Of a stretch of DNA of 63,902 nt, positions 35,312-47,830 are shown in pieces (the stretch's first letter is position 1; each line of letters begins with the position of its first letter). The DNA lies in the NCBI GenBank assembly GCA_036515135.1, contig DATBVX010000125.1, positions 1-63,902 on the forward strand, given 5' to 3'. This DNA is from Steroidobacteraceae bacterium. GTDB lineage: Bacteria; Pseudomonadota; Gammaproteobacteria; Steroidobacterales; Steroidobacteraceae. The notes under the pieces are model-generated. The model saw only the letters and a program-made list of their open reading frames with translations. It was not told the DNA's origin and ran no database searches. The position numbers and the translations under genes are program-made.

Positions 35312-35770
35312 ATGAGCACAACGACACGACTGGTAGCGACGATCCTCATCGCCGCTTCGTTTGGCGCCGTGCTGGCAGCCGGAGGCGCAGGCCTGCTCGA
35401 ACGTGGCACGCCGGCGGGCGGTGGCGCACCGGAATCCACCTTGCAGGAAGTGCGCGCGACGATTCGCACCGACTGGCTGGCACCGGTGAGCGCGCGACGC
35501 AGCCTCGAGCAGCGCAACCAGGCCCTGGAACGCTGGGTCGCGGATCGCGGCGGTCACGCGCGCGTCCTCGACTCCGACAGTGTCTTGCGCACGCGGGATG
35601 ATGCCGGCGCTCGGCTCAGAGTTCCGGTGGCGCAGCTCGAACGCACGCTCGTCATCTTCGTGCCGCGGCAGCAAGCCGTGGATCTCGAGCAGGCGCTTGC
35701 GGGCCTCGACGCCACTGTGGCCGACATTGCGGCGGACGCCGGAGTGCGGCGCCCCACGGTGGAGTTCTGA
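35312..35770 (+). CDS. Hypothetical membrane-anchored or secreted protein
   Basis: N-terminal hydrophobic segment LVATILIAASFGAVLAAGGAG. It lies downstream of tetR on the same strand. Confidence 0.5.
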   Translation: MSTTTRLVATILIAASFGAVLAAGGAGLLERGTPAGGGAPESTLQEVRATIRTDWLAPVSARRSLEQRNQALERWVADRGGHARVLDSDSVLRTRDDAGARLRVPVAQLERTLVIFVPRQQAVDLEQALAGLDATVADIAADAGVRRPTVEF

Positions 35771-35799
35771 GGACTGGCAGCGCAGGTTCACGCCAGCAT

Positions 35800-36258
35800 T
35801 CAACCGAGCTCCGCGCTTCCCGATGCGATCTCGCTCAGCGGCTCCATTCCGGAAGCGCCGCCGAACTTCTTCAGGTGATCGTGCACATCGAGCCAGCCGA
35901 CGCGCACGTCGAAGTAGACATGGGCCGACGGTTCACGATCGATCGGGCCCGGAACACTCGCGCGCGCAATGTGGATCTCATCGGGCCAGCGCTCGCCTTC
36001 GAAGAACATCGGGCTGCCGCAACGACAGCAGAATCCACGGCGTGCGCCGGCCGATGACTGGTGCCATTGCAGTTGCTCTTCGCCCGCGACCAGCTTGAAG
36101 CTCGCGCGCTGCGAGCCGAACCACGTGACCACGCCCGTGCCATGTGCGCGGCGGCACTGCGAACAATGACAATGTGCGCACCACTTGGTCGGCGGCGTGA
36201 CTTCGAAGCGCACTGCGCCGCACAGGCAGCTGCCGCGGATATTCTGCACCTCAGGCAT
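35800..36258 (-). CDS. GFA/CENP-V family (glutathione-dependent formaldehyde-activating-like) Zn protein
   Basis: ATG 36258. Cys pattern GSCLCGAVRFEV...WCAHCHCSQCRRAHG...FCCRCGSPMF. Confidence 0.8.
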   Translation of the reverse strand: MPEVQNIRGSCLCGAVRFEVTPPTKWCAHCHCSQCRRAHGTGVVTWFGSQRASFKLVAGEEQLQWHQSSAGARRGFCCRCGSPMFFEGERWPDEIHIARASVPGPIDREPSAHVYFDVRVGWLDVHDHLKKFGGASGMEPLSEIASGSAELG

Positions 36259-36531
36259 GTGAATTCCCCGTGAACGGACGGCCACTCGCGGCCGCAGCCT
36301 GGCGGATGGTAGCGCCGCGGTGGCCCGTCGCGAAGCCGCCCGAGCACGACCACCCGTCCGAAGGGCTTGGCAGAGCGCTCCGGAACCGGCATATAGAGGG
36401 GCGTGAACTGGCGATCGATCCCCCGACCCTTAAGTGCGCGCGTGCGTTCGATCGATGAACCGCACGAACACCTGCGCGTCGTCAGTGACACCACCTCGGC
36501 GCGAAGGGCAAGACCCCTCTCCGACTACTGG

Positions 36532-37128
36532 ATGTTCCTGAGGGAGATGGCACGTTCACCGTTGCGGACAGCGGCATTGGCACCGAGCAGCGAAGCTCTC
36601 GCCTCGTTGATGGTCTCGGAAATCGACCCCGAAGCCGGTGTAGTGATCGAGCTCGGCGCGGGAACCGGGCGTATCACCGCAGCACTGCTGGCCCGCGGCG
36701 TTCCTGAGGATCGCGTGATCGTCGTGGAAGCCAACCCGCGTTTTGCGCGTCTGCTGCGGCGCCGTTTCCCGCGAGCTCTCGTGCGTAGTGACACGGCCGA
36801 ACGACTTGCCCGCGATCCCCTGCCCCGCGCCAACGAAGTGTCGGCGGTCATCAGCGGTCTGCCACTGCCGGCGCTCGGGCCATTCGCCCAGGCACGCATC
36901 CTGCGCGACTGGTTCGGGACGCTGCCGCGCGCGCAAGGTTTCTATCAATTCACTTATGCGCCCGTCTCACCCGTGACACCGGCGCGGCTGCGCGAGTGGG
37001 GACTCGAATCCACGCGGCTCGGCACGGTGGTGCTCAACATGCCGCCCGCGACGGTGTATCGCTTCCGCCGCGGTCCCTGCCAGCCGATCCTCACACGCTT
37101 CAACAACAACTCGTCGGGCCACCGCTGA
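36532..37128 (+). CDS. Class I SAM-dependent methyltransferase (phospholipid N-methyltransferase / RrnaAD-like)
   Basis: FLREMARSPLRTAALAPSSEALASLM followed by SAM motif I VIELGAGTGRITAALL. The start is uncertain, because the ORF is open from 36403. Confidence 0.65.
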   Translation: MFLREMARSPLRTAALAPSSEALASLMVSEIDPEAGVVIELGAGTGRITAALLARGVPEDRVIVVEANPRFARLLRRRFPRALVRSDTAERLARDPLPRANEVSAVISGLPLPALGPFAQARILRDWFGTLPRAQGFYQFTYAPVSPVTPARLREWGLESTRLGTVVLNMPPATVYRFRRGPCQPILTRFNNNSSGHR

Positions 37129-37339
37129 AACGCCGCTCCTGCTCACGCAGGTAGAAGCCGCGGCGATCGAGCAGCACCGACCCCGGTGGATGGCGACGCG
37201 AGTGCTCGAGATAGCGTTCGTACGCATCGTCGCCACTCAAGCTCCGCAACAGCCGCCACGCCCGCGTGGGCAACAGCAGCGCGTCCCGCAACGCCGAGAC
37301 GAGGCGGGTCATCGTCGCACTGAGTGCCTGTCGCATCAT
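37100..37339 (-). CDS. YbdD/YjiX-family small protein (DUF466)
   Basis: ATG 37339 overlaps the cstA stop (ATGA). DDAYERYLEH...FYLREQERRFSGGPTSCC* has the family's C-terminal CC. The cstA-ybdD pairing is conserved. Confidence 0.8.
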   Translation of the reverse strand: MMRQALSATMTRLVSALRDALLLPTRAWRLLRSLSGDDAYERYLEHSRRHPPGSVLLDRRGFYLREQERRFSGGPTSCC

Positions 37340-39387
37340 GCCAGTTGCGTCGGGACGTGAGGTGACTCGGTACCCACTGCCGGGCGCCGTCCCGACAGGT
37401 GCAGCATGCAGCTGCGTAGCATGTCGAGGACGATTATCCACACCAGCGCCAGGAAGAACGCGGTCAGCCAGCCATCGAGCTGTTGGTTGAAGATGAGCTG
37501 TGGTGCCGCCGCGACGCGATCCGGTGGCAGCGTGTCTGCGGCGAGTCTTGTCGCCAGATCCTGCGCCGCTGCGAACAGGCCGATCTTCGGGTCATCGCTC
37601 ACGATCTTCTCCCACGCGGCCGTGGTGGTGACGATCACGAGCCACGCGAGCGGCACGGCGCTCACCCATGCAAACCCGAGCCGGCCACTGCGCACGAGGA
37701 TCGCTGTGGCCACCGAGAGTGCGATGGCCGCGAGCAGCTGATTGGCGATCCCGAACAGCGGCCACAGGATGTTGATGCCGCCATTGGGATCGATCACGCC
37801 GATGTAGAGAAAGTAACCCCAGCCTGCCACGACCAGGCTGCTCGCCAGCACCACGGACGGGTACCACGAGGTGCGGCCGAGCGGCGTCCAGACCGCTCCC
37901 ATCACGTCCTGCATGATGAAGCGCGCCACGCGAGTGCCGGCGTCAAGCGTCGTGAGGATGAAAATCGCTTCGAACATGATCGCGAAGTGGTACCACATCG
38001 CGAGCAGACTCTGGCCGAACGCGGAGCCGAAAATGCTCGCCATGCCGACGGCGAGCGAGGGAGCACCACCGGTGCGCGCGAAGAGAGTGTGCTCTCCCAT
38101 CTGCGCGGCCAGCGCGCGCATCTGGTCAGCCGTGACGGGAAATCCCCAGCTCGTGATCGTGGCAACGGCCGCCTGCGGATCGGCGCCTACGATCCCTGCC
38201 GCCGAGTTGATGGCGAAGTACACGCCCGGATCGAGCACGCAGGCGGCGACGATTGCCATCACTCCCACGAACGATTCGAGCGCCATCGACCCGTAAGCCA
38301 CCAGCGGAATATCGGTCTCGCGCGCGATCAGCTTCGGCGTGGTTCCCGATGCAACCAGCGAATGGAATCCCGAGACGGCGCCACAGGCGAGCGTGATGAA
38401 GAGGAACGGGAACAGCTTGCCGCTGAAGATCGGCCCGGTACCGTCGATGAAGCGCGTGAGCGCAGGCATCTTGACTTCCGGGCTCAGCACGCAGACCGCG
38501 ATCGCCAGCAGGAACACGGTCCCCAGCTTGATGAAAGTCGACAGATAGTCGCGCGGCGCGAGCAGCAGCCACACGGGCAGAATCGCGGCCACGAGCCCGT
38601 AGAGGATGACGAAGCCCGCCAGAGCCTCGCCCGAGAGATCGAACCATTGATGCCAGGTCGGGCTGGCGTCCACCCAGCGTCCCGCGACGACTGCCAACAA
38701 CAACAGCGCCACACCGAGCGCCGTGCCCTCGAGGACCCGGCCAGGTCGCAGCGTGCGGAGAAACACTCCGACGATGATCGCGATCGGAATGGTGGCGAAC
38801 ACAGTGAAAGTCGACCACGGGCTGCGCGTCATGGCCTTTACGACCACGAGTCCGAGCACGGCGATCAGGATGATCGCGATCGTGAGCGTGCCGATGAGTG
38901 CCGCCGTGCCGCCGACAACGCCCAGCTCGTCGCGCGCCATCTGCCCGAGGCTGCGGCCATCGCGACGCACGGAGCAGAACATGATCAACATGTCCTGCAC
39001 ACAACCGCCCAACACCGCGCCGACGAGTAGCCACAACGTACCCGGCAGGTAACCGAACTGGGCTGCCAGTGTCGGGCCGACCAGGGGACCCGCACCGGCA
39101 ATCGCCGCGAAGTGATGCCCGAACACGATCCAGCGGTGTGTCGGCACAAAGTCGCGTCCGTTGTTGAGTCGCTCCGCCGGCGTGGCGCGCGTAGCATCGA
39201 GCGTCAGCACCCGGGCAGCGATCCAGCCACAGTAGAAACGGTAGGCGATGAGGTAAACGCATGCTGCGGCCACCACGAACCACAGGGCGTTGATGCTTTC
39301 GCCGCGATTGAGGGCGATACCGCCGAGCGCCGCGGCGCCGAGGAGAGCCAGAGCGCCCCAGCCCATGACGCGAATTGTCCTACTCAT
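37336..39387 (-). CDS. cstA: Carbon starvation protein A (peptide/pyruvate transporter family)
   Basis: 683 aa with ~16-18 TM segments. The N-terminus INALWFVVAAACVYLIAYRFY and GHHFAAIAGAGPLVGP are CstA signatures. Confidence 0.9.
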   Translation of the reverse strand: MSRTIRVMGWGALALLGAAALGGIALNRGESINALWFVVAAACVYLIAYRFYCGWIAARVLTLDATRATPAERLNNGRDFVPTHRWIVFGHHFAAIAGAGPLVGPTLAAQFGYLPGTLWLLVGAVLGGCVQDMLIMFCSVRRDGRSLGQMARDELGVVGGTAALIGTLTIAIILIAVLGLVVVKAMTRSPWSTFTVFATIPIAIIVGVFLRTLRPGRVLEGTALGVALLLLAVVAGRWVDASPTWHQWFDLSGEALAGFVILYGLVAAILPVWLLLAPRDYLSTFIKLGTVFLLAIAVCVLSPEVKMPALTRFIDGTGPIFSGKLFPFLFITLACGAVSGFHSLVASGTTPKLIARETDIPLVAYGSMALESFVGVMAIVAACVLDPGVYFAINSAAGIVGADPQAAVATITSWGFPVTADQMRALAAQMGEHTLFARTGGAPSLAVGMASIFGSAFGQSLLAMWYHFAIMFEAIFILTTLDAGTRVARFIMQDVMGAVWTPLGRTSWYPSVVLASSLVVAGWGYFLYIGVIDPNGGINILWPLFGIANQLLAAIALSVATAILVRSGRLGFAWVSAVPLAWLVIVTTTAAWEKIVSDDPKIGLFAAAQDLATRLAADTLPPDRVAAAPQLIFNQQLDGWLTAFFLALVWIIVLDMLRSCMLHLSGRRPAVGTESPHVPTQLA

Positions 39388-39450
39388 ACATAAAGAGGGT
39401 GCCGCGTATGCACTATCTGCGTTTCGCCCTCGAAGACGGAGTCGCGTATG

Positions 39451-39560
39451 CCTTATTGGCGGTTCGCTGCAACATTACTGGTTACCCACAACCACCCTTC
39501 GACGAAACACCAATAAGCCAAACCCGGCACCGTAGGCACAAATAGTACAAACCCGGCACC
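39451..39560. repeat. Degenerate relatives of the 23850 inverted-repeat element
   Basis: CCTTATTGGC (39451-39460) faces CAATAAGCCAAACCCGGCACC (39511-39531). CAAACCCGGCACC is repeated at 39548-39560. Compare ATAAGCCAAATAAGCCGTGTCCGGCACC at 23925-23952. Confidence 0.6.
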
Positions 39561-39793
39561 CTTTTCGCACGTGGCCTGCCAACCGCATACCCACGGGACG
39601 AACGACTGTCGATGTGTGCCGAGCAGTGCGCGCGGCGCTACCAGCCGCTAATCGCGACAGACTGACCTCTCGCACAACGGGTTTGCGGGCGGATGCTGAG
39701 ATTGCGCTCGCCACGCGCTCGTGCGAACTTCCGGCCCGCGCAGCGGCTCAAAGTGCGGTCGAGTGATCTGGCGCAACTCAAGGGGAGGGCGGC

Positions 39794-40264
39794 ATGGCGG
39801 TCGAATTCACCATCAACGGCCAGCGCGCGAGTTTCGATGGCGATGAGACGATGCCGTTGCTGTGGTACCTGCGTGACTACGCGCGGCTCACCGGCACAAA
39901 GTTCGGTTGCGGTATAGGCGCGTGCGGGGCCTGCACCGTGCACATCAACGGCGAGGCCACGCGTTCCTGTCTCGTACCGTTGGCTGCGGTCGTCGGCCGG
40001 CGGGTCACCACGATCGAGGGACTCGCGCAGGGCAACTCGCTGCATGTCGTGCAGCGTGCATGGATCGAGGAAGACGTTCCCCAATGTGGTTATTGCCAAG
40101 CCGGGCAGATCATGGCCGCGGTCGACCTCCTCAAGCGCAAGCCGGAGCCGAGCGCGGAAGACATCAACACCATCAGCAATCTGTGCCGCTGCGGAACCTA
40201 TCCTCGCATCCGCAAGGCCATCTTGCGCGCCGCAGCCCTTATGAAAGAGGAAACGCCGCGATGA
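39794..40264 (+). CDS. (2Fe-2S)-binding small subunit of a molybdopterin oxidoreductase (IorA/aldehyde dehydrogenase type)
   Basis: [12 protein letters not shown] and CRCGTY cluster motifs. 156 aa. Confidence 0.9.
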   Translation: MAVEFTINGQRASFDGDETMPLLWYLRDYARLTGTKFGCGIGACGACTVHINGEATRSCLVPLAAVVGRRVTTIEGLAQGNSLHVVQRAWIEEDVPQCGYCQAGQIMAAVDLLKRKPEPSAEDINTISNLCRCGTYPRIRKAILRAAALMKEETPR

Positions 40265-42489
40265 ACGCCGTGCTGTCGCGGCGATCGTTCCTGCAGGTCT
40301 CGTCAACGGCGCTTGGCGGGCTGCTAATCGCTGCACACTGGCCAGCGCGCGCGCAGGCGCAACGCGGAACGGCGGAACTTGGAGTGTTCGTGCGCGTGGA
40401 GCCCGATGGGCGCATCGTCGTCGGTGCGCGTGGGTGCGAGATCGGACAAGGCGTAAAGACCTCGCTGCCGATGCTCATCGCCGAAGAACTGGACGTCGCG
40501 TGGTCGCAGATCGAAGTGGAGCAGCTGCCTTACGTGATCATTCCGAGCGATACGCCCCAGGGCATCGCGTCGAAGTACGGGCCGCAGGGCGCCGGCGGCA
40601 GCACCAGTATTCCCGAGAGTTTCGAGCCGTTGCGACAGGCGGGAGCCAACGCGCGCTGGCTGCTGGTGCAAGCCGCGGCCCGGAAGTGGGGTGTACCGGC
40701 GGGCGACCTGTCGACACGAGAAGGTAGTGTCCTGCATCCAGATGGTCGTTCGCTGAAGTATGCCGAGCTGGCGACCGCGGCCTCGCAAATCGAAGCACCG
40801 AAGGATCCGGCGCCACTCAAGAAACCGGCCGACTTTCGCATCATCGGCCACCCCGCCCGCGTAGCCGATGGTCGCGACATCGTGACCGGCCACGCGGCGT
40901 ATGGCATCGATGCACATCTGCCGAATGCGCTCACCGCCGTGATCGCGCGCTGTCCGTACTTCGATGGCGGAGTCGTCCGCTTCAATGCGGCGGCCGCGCG
41001 GCGCGTACCTGGCGTGCGCGACGTCGTCGTGATTCCCGGACCCGAGGCCGGCAAACCGCTCGATCGCGTGCTCGCCACGGGCATCGCCGTGATTGCCGAT
41101 GACATGTGGTCGGCGCGCAAGGGTCGTGACGCGCTCGAGATCGAATGGCGCGCGGGCCCGTGGGTAGACGATTCGACGGACGCCCTGGCGAAGCGTGCGC
41201 ACGAAGCCGCGTCGCGCCCCGGGACTGCGGCGCGGAAGGATGGCGATTTCGAGAATGCACGCAAGTCGGCGGCGAAAATTGTCGAGGCCGAGTACACGCA
41301 ACCGTTCCTTGCGCATGCCACCCTCGAGCCGATGAACGCGCTCATCGACCTCAAGTCCGACAGCGCGTTGCTGATCGCGCCGATCCAGCAGCCCGGCGGC
41401 GCCTCGCGTCTCATCAGCGCCATGACGGGCATTCCGCGCATCAACATCGACATCCGGCTGGTGCGCTCCGGTGGTGGTTTCGGTCGCCGACTCGAGAACG
41501 ATTACGTCGCCGAAGCCGTGTACCTCGCGCGGGCGGTCAAGGCGCCGCTTAAGCTCATGTGGACGCGCGAGGACGATATGCGCAATGACTTCTATCGGCC
41601 GTTTGGTGTGCATGCCCTCGCGGCTACCCTCGATGCCCAGGGCACCGTGACGGGCTGGCGCCATCGCGTTGCGGCGACGGCGCGCAAATACCGCGCCGCC
41701 GGAATGGAAGAGGAATCGGATTGGATTGGCTGTGCGGATCCGGATGGATTTCCCGCCGGCGGCGTGCCGAACTATGCGTGCGAATTCGCGCCACTCGAGT
41801 TCGGCCTGGCGCGTGGCTGGTGGCGGGCGCCGTTACCGACGTTCGTGGCATTCGCGACGCAGAGTTTTGTCGATGAGGTGGCTGCCGCGAGCGGGCAGGA
41901 CCCGCTGGCGTTGCGGCTGAAACTGCTCGGAGAGTCGCGCGAGCTGGATTACCGCGATCACGGCGGACCGAAGTTTTACACCGGCAGAATGACCGCAGTG
42001 CTCAAGCGCGCAGCGGAGCGCATCGGCTGGGGACGAAAGCTTCCGCAGGGCTCGGGAATTGGCCTCGCGGCGCATTTCGTGTTTGGCGGCTACACCGCGC
42101 ACGCGATGGAAGTCGCGGTGTCCGGGCGGGGTGAGCTCGCTATTCGTCGCTGCGTATGCGTCACCGACGTGGGCGTCGTGGTGAATCCGCTGGGCGTCGA
42201 TGCCCAGATCTCGGGCGCGACCATCGATGGACTCTCGACCGCGCTGAATCTCGAGATCACGGTCCAGAAGGGCCAGGTCGTGCAGAGCAATTTCGGCGAC
42301 TACCGGTTGCTGCAAATGGCCCACGCACCCGATGTCGAGGTGGAGATCCTGCGCACCGCCTTCGCACCGGCCGGAGCAGGCGAGATGGGTATCCCGACTT
42401 CCGCGCCGGCGCTGACCAACGCGATCTTCGCGGCGACGGGTCGTCGCATCCGCCAGCTGCCGATCGGCGACCAGCTGCGAGCCGGCTAG
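40261..42489 (+). CDS. Molybdopterin-binding large subunit (IorB / xanthine dehydrogenase family) with Tat signal
   Basis: ATG 40261 overlaps the upstream stop (ATGA). [33 protein letters not shown]. The track's 860-aa version begins inside iorA in another frame region and is rejected. Confidence 0.85.
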   Translation: MNAVLSRRSFLQVSSTALGGLLIAAHWPARAQAQRGTAELGVFVRVEPDGRIVVGARGCEIGQGVKTSLPMLIAEELDVAWSQIEVEQLPYVIIPSDTPQGIASKYGPQGAGGSTSIPESFEPLRQAGANARWLLVQAAARKWGVPAGDLSTREGSVLHPDGRSLKYAELATAASQIEAPKDPAPLKKPADFRIIGHPARVADGRDIVTGHAAYGIDAHLPNALTAVIARCPYFDGGVVRFNAAAARRVPGVRDVVVIPGPEAGKPLDRVLATGIAVIADDMWSARKGRDALEIEWRAGPWVDDSTDALAKRAHEAASRPGTAARKDGDFENARKSAAKIVEAEYTQPFLAHATLEPMNALIDLKSDSALLIAPIQQPGGASRLISAMTGIPRINIDIRLVRSGGGFGRRLENDYVAEAVYLARAVKAPLKLMWTREDDMRNDFYRPFGVHALAATLDAQGTVTGWRHRVAATARKYRAAGMEEESDWIGCADPDGFPAGGVPNYACEFAPLEFGLARGWWRAPLPTFVAFATQSFVDEVAAASGQDPLALRLKLLGESRELDYRDHGGPKFYTGRMTAVLKRAAERIGWGRKLPQGSGIGLAAHFVFGGYTAHAMEVAVSGRGELAIRRCVCVTDVGVVVNPLGVDAQISGATIDGLSTALNLEITVQKGQVVQSNFGDYRLLQMAHAPDVEVEILRTAFAPAGAGEMGIPTSAPALTNAIFAATGRRIRQLPIGDQLRAG

Positions 42490-43106
42490 AGCTCGACGAA
42501 GAAGACGTCGACCATCAGCGTCCTTTTTGGCCGGGTGTCGGTCATGGCCCAGGCCCAGAAGGGGAGCAGGTTCCCCGCCGCATCGGAGCGCCGGCGGACT
42601 TTCGGGATGGTCTCGAACGATGTCACCCCGACATCATCCGGCGTCAGCATCTCGTTGGCCGTCGAGATGCCGTCCGCGTTGATATCCAGCCAGAGCTGCA
42701 GATGCGGCCAGATTGCGTCGTCGCGCGTGATGTAGCCGTCGTCATTGCCGCCCAGCGGCAACGAGTCGTACTGCGCCAGCCCGACAAAGCCGTTGGACGC
42801 TTTGCCGCCTTCGAAGAACATCGGCGTTCCGATGCCGAACAGCTCGCCGCCGTTGTCCACGACGCCATTCGCATTCCGGTCGAGCACCAGAAATGCTTCG
42901 TCGCCGCCCGGCCGGACCCACTGCAGGTGATCGAACAATCCGTCGTTGTTGACGTCGAAACGCACGCCCACGCCGGCTTCACCGAGCTGGATGCCGTCCT
43001 TTCCGAGGTCAATCACGATCGGGCTGCAGACCCCCCAAGCAGAGGCGGACTGAAAGATGAGCAAGACTGCTGCAACGATTCGCAGTTTGAGATTGAGTCC
43101 ATCCAT
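42486..43106 (-). CDS. Secreted hypothetical protein with Asp/Asn/Gly-rich (Ca-binding-like) repeats
   Basis: Signal peptide LRIVAAVLLIFQSASA. Motifs VNNDGLFD, DRNANGVVDNGGE, GGNDDGYITRDD, DINADGIST. Its stop overlaps the iorB stop (CTAG). Confidence 0.55.
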   Translation of the reverse strand: MDGLNLKLRIVAAVLLIFQSASAWGVCSPIVIDLGKDGIQLGEAGVGVRFDVNNDGLFDHLQWVRPGGDEAFLVLDRNANGVVDNGGELFGIGTPMFFEGGKASNGFVGLAQYDSLPLGGNDDGYITRDDAIWPHLQLWLDINADGISTANEMLTPDDVGVTSFETIPKVRRRSDAAGNLLPFWAWAMTDTRPKRTLMVDVFFVEL

Positions 43107-43126
43107 GGCGATCTCCCCTTAGTGTT

Positions 43127-43642
43127 CTACTGCCAGCACGTCCCGCTGCCCGTTCCCGGGGCCGGCTTCACCATCCTGAAAATCAAGGTATCGCCCTCGG
43201 ACGTGTCGCCACCACCAAACGTAATGCTTGAACCTGCGCCACCAAGGTTGAATATCCCCTCCTTGGCTCTCCCGATGTAATTGAATCTGCACGACTGCGT
43301 CGACGGGGACGGCCAGCTTGACCAGCCGCTCATCGGGTATTGGCCGGTTACCGTGCGCGGAATCTGCACGGATACGCTTACACCGCCGAGAAAGGCCCAA
43401 CTGCTCGCTGATGCCTGCGCCTGGATCGGCTGCGACTCAGGACAAGTCGCTGTGAAACCCCCCGCAACGGAAAGCGCATAGAGCGGCGTCGACGCGCTCA
43501 CGGCCATACCCAGCTCCACATTCTCCGTCCTTCCGACCTGCACTGGAGGGAACACATAGATGCCCAGCGAGGGCGTTAGCGCCTTCGCGTTCGCCATCGG
43601 AAGCAGGAACAACAGCAGAATCCTGCCGATTATCCGTTTCAT
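43127..43642 (-). CDS. Secreted hypothetical protein
   Basis: Signal peptide MKRIIGRILLLFLLPMANA. Gly/Ser/Thr-rich beta-type composition. ATGA overlap with the upstream gene. Confidence 0.55.
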   Translation of the reverse strand: MKRIIGRILLLFLLPMANAKALTPSLGIYVFPPVQVGRTENVELGMAVSASTPLYALSVAGGFTATCPESQPIQAQASASSWAFLGGVSVSVQIPRTVTGQYPMSGWSSWPSPSTQSCRFNYIGRAKEGIFNLGGAGSSITFGGGDTSEGDTLIFRMVKPAPGTGSGTCWQ

Positions 43643-44499
43643 TGCCGTACCTCCATTTTTTCCTTTTCGATCAGTTGCTGATATTCCCCGGAAGCGATGA
43701 CGCCGATGAGCCAGTCTGATTGCCCCGCCAGGTCACTTGGGCCGATCACCTTTGATCCGGTACGGCCCATCTCATCGAAATAGGACTCGATGATTCGCTG
43801 TCGCTGGCTGTCGAGCGAATCCAGCAGACCCACGCACCACGCTCTCTCTGCTTCCAGATTGATGCGATTGCTCTGGTACGTATAGGACAGAACCTGCGCA
43901 ATCCCGATTTTCTGCCGTTTCGACAATTGCAGCTTGACCTTGGCCGCAAAGGTCTCGCCGAGCTCGATGCTTTGAGCGAGGGTGGCGCGCCGTGGTTGAT
44001 TCGTTTCCACGTAAGCCTTCAGGACTTCGAGATCTTGGTCGCGAAAGCCTCGCTCCTTCAGGCGCACCGAGTACGCTTCGAGGAGTTCGGGCGTTGCCAG
44101 TTGCAGCAGCATTTCGTGCAGGGGCCGCCATTGCGGGAATGTCGCGATATCGACCCGGAATGACCCATCATCCTTCGGCGTGATTCCGAATTCGCTCAGG
44201 TCACCGAGGTTTCTCTTGGTGTCGATGGCTCGTCCGAGGCGCCAATCGGTGTCGAACCACTTCTCGAACGCGGCTCGGTCGCGAACAATTCCCGACGATG
44301 TCTCGACGGTCGCGCGCGCATATACGTCGAAATACTCGCGGATCGCTGTTCTCAGGCCATCATTGGTCGGCGCTTCGGGCGCCTTGAGCTTCTCGTCGAA
44401 CTTCGCCGCGTGCAGGTCCGCTACCGGTGCCGTCACCTGCATCACGCCGACCAGGGCGATCAGCACGAGTCGCGGGATCGATGCTGGCTTCGGAATCAT
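43639..44499 (-). CDS. Secreted hypothetical protein (helical)
   Basis: ATG 44499 is preceded by GGAGGA. Signal peptide MIPKPASIPRLVLIALVGVMQVTAPVADLHA. This stretch has the lowest GC in the window. Confidence 0.55.
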   Translation of the reverse strand: MIPKPASIPRLVLIALVGVMQVTAPVADLHAAKFDEKLKAPEAPTNDGLRTAIREYFDVYARATVETSSGIVRDRAAFEKWFDTDWRLGRAIDTKRNLGDLSEFGITPKDDGSFRVDIATFPQWRPLHEMLLQLATPELLEAYSVRLKERGFRDQDLEVLKAYVETNQPRRATLAQSIELGETFAAKVKLQLSKRQKIGIAQVLSYTYQSNRINLEAERAWCVGLLDSLDSQRQRIIESYFDEMGRTGSKVIGPSDLAGQSDWLIGVIASGEYQQLIEKEKMEVRQ

Positions 44500-44630
44500 T
44501 CGACCGTCCTCCGTGTGACTGGTCGACATTTGATGCCGTGCCGAGGCGGCGGGCAATCCGGGAATTCGTCCCGTTCCTGCAGATTTGAATCAGAGTCGCG
44601 CGCAGCGTGCGACGCTGGATACAGGGCGAA

Positions 44631-45179
44631 TCAGCGCGTCTGGTACAGACGGCCGGCGCCGACGAAGTTTTCGCGATAGTAGTCGTCGTGCAGCGAGTCG
44701 TAGCTCACGTTGCGCCCGGTCTTCGGCGCATGCACGAACACGCCGTCGCCGGTATACACGCCGACGTGCGTGATCATGGGTCCTGAGTCGCGGAAGAACA
44801 CCAGGTCGCCAGGCTTGAGCGCCGAGCGTTTGACGGGCGACGCGGTTGCCATCTGGTCCGCCGCGGTGCGCGGCACGCGAATACCCAGCTCGGTGTGCAC
44901 GTAGTAAACGAGCCCGCTGCAATCGAACGCATCGGGACCCGAGCCCCCATAACGATAACGCGCCCCAACGAGCCTTTGCGCGTGCTGCGCGATTTCGATG
45001 CCGTGATCAGCCGGAACCGGCGCGGCGGGGTGCGGCATCGAGACTGGCGCCGGGGCAGGAACGGTGCGTGCGTTGGCTGGAGGATGGTACGGAGCGGTCG
45101 AGCAGCCGGCCAGCAGTTGCGCTGCGATCGCTAGCAGGGCAACCGGGAAGCTGAACAACCTCGAAGTGCGTCCGTTCAT
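44631..45179 (-). CDS. NlpC/P60-family peptidoglycan endopeptidase lipoprotein
   Basis: ATG 45179. Lipobox LLAGCS. Catalytic RYRYGGSGPDAFDCSGLVYYV and ...ITHVGVY. Confidence 0.85.
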   Translation of the reverse strand: MNGRTSRLFSFPVALLAIAAQLLAGCSTAPYHPPANARTVPAPAPVSMPHPAAPVPADHGIEIAQHAQRLVGARYRYGGSGPDAFDCSGLVYYVHTELGIRVPRTAADQMATASPVKRSALKPGDLVFFRDSGPMITHVGVYTGDGVFVHAPKTGRNVSYDSLHDDYYRENFVGAGRLYQTR

Positions 45180-45235
45180 GGCCCGCGCAGAATCGATCAG
45201 GGCCGCTGAATCGTCTGTGAATGGCGTCAAGGAAA

Positions 45236-45313
45236 CCCTCACCCCAACCCTCTCCCGTAAGCGGGAGAGGGAGTGGAACCTCACCCCAACGCTTTCCGAT
45301 GCATCGGAGAGAG
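45236..45313. repeat. Two tandem REP-like units (CTCACCCCAAC + hairpin)
   Basis: Unit 1 is CCCTCACCCCAAC CCTCTCCCG-TAAG-CGGGAGAGG. Unit 2 is CCTCACCCCAAC GCTTTCCGATGCATCGGAGAG. They lie between the nlpC start and the radical SAM stop. Confidence 0.85.
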
Positions 45314-45320
45314 AGAAATA

Positions 45321-47786
<2,466 letters not shown>

Positions 47787-47830
47787 GCTGCTTGCCTGCC
47801 GGGGCCCTGGGCTCGATACTGCCGCCCGCC

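Noticed and set aside
34580-35803. 407-aa ORF on the minus strand spanning the TetR gene and the following hypothetical gene. Similar long ORFs occur at 33129-34463, 25385-26707, 38126-39283, 21714-23231, 17755-18993, 40324-41664 and elsewhere.
   Set aside because: They lie antisense to, or out of frame with, genes that have clear family motifs. Their products are Arg/Ala/Gly/Pro-rich low-complexity sequences, typical of stop-codon-poor frames in high-GC DNA. None shows a recognisable domain.
39907-40260. N-terminal 118-aa extension of the iorB-like ORF (the 860-aa version in the track).
   Set aside because: It overlaps iorA in another frame and is Arg-rich nonsense. The ATG at 40261 gives a canonical Tat leader and an ATGA coupling to iorA.
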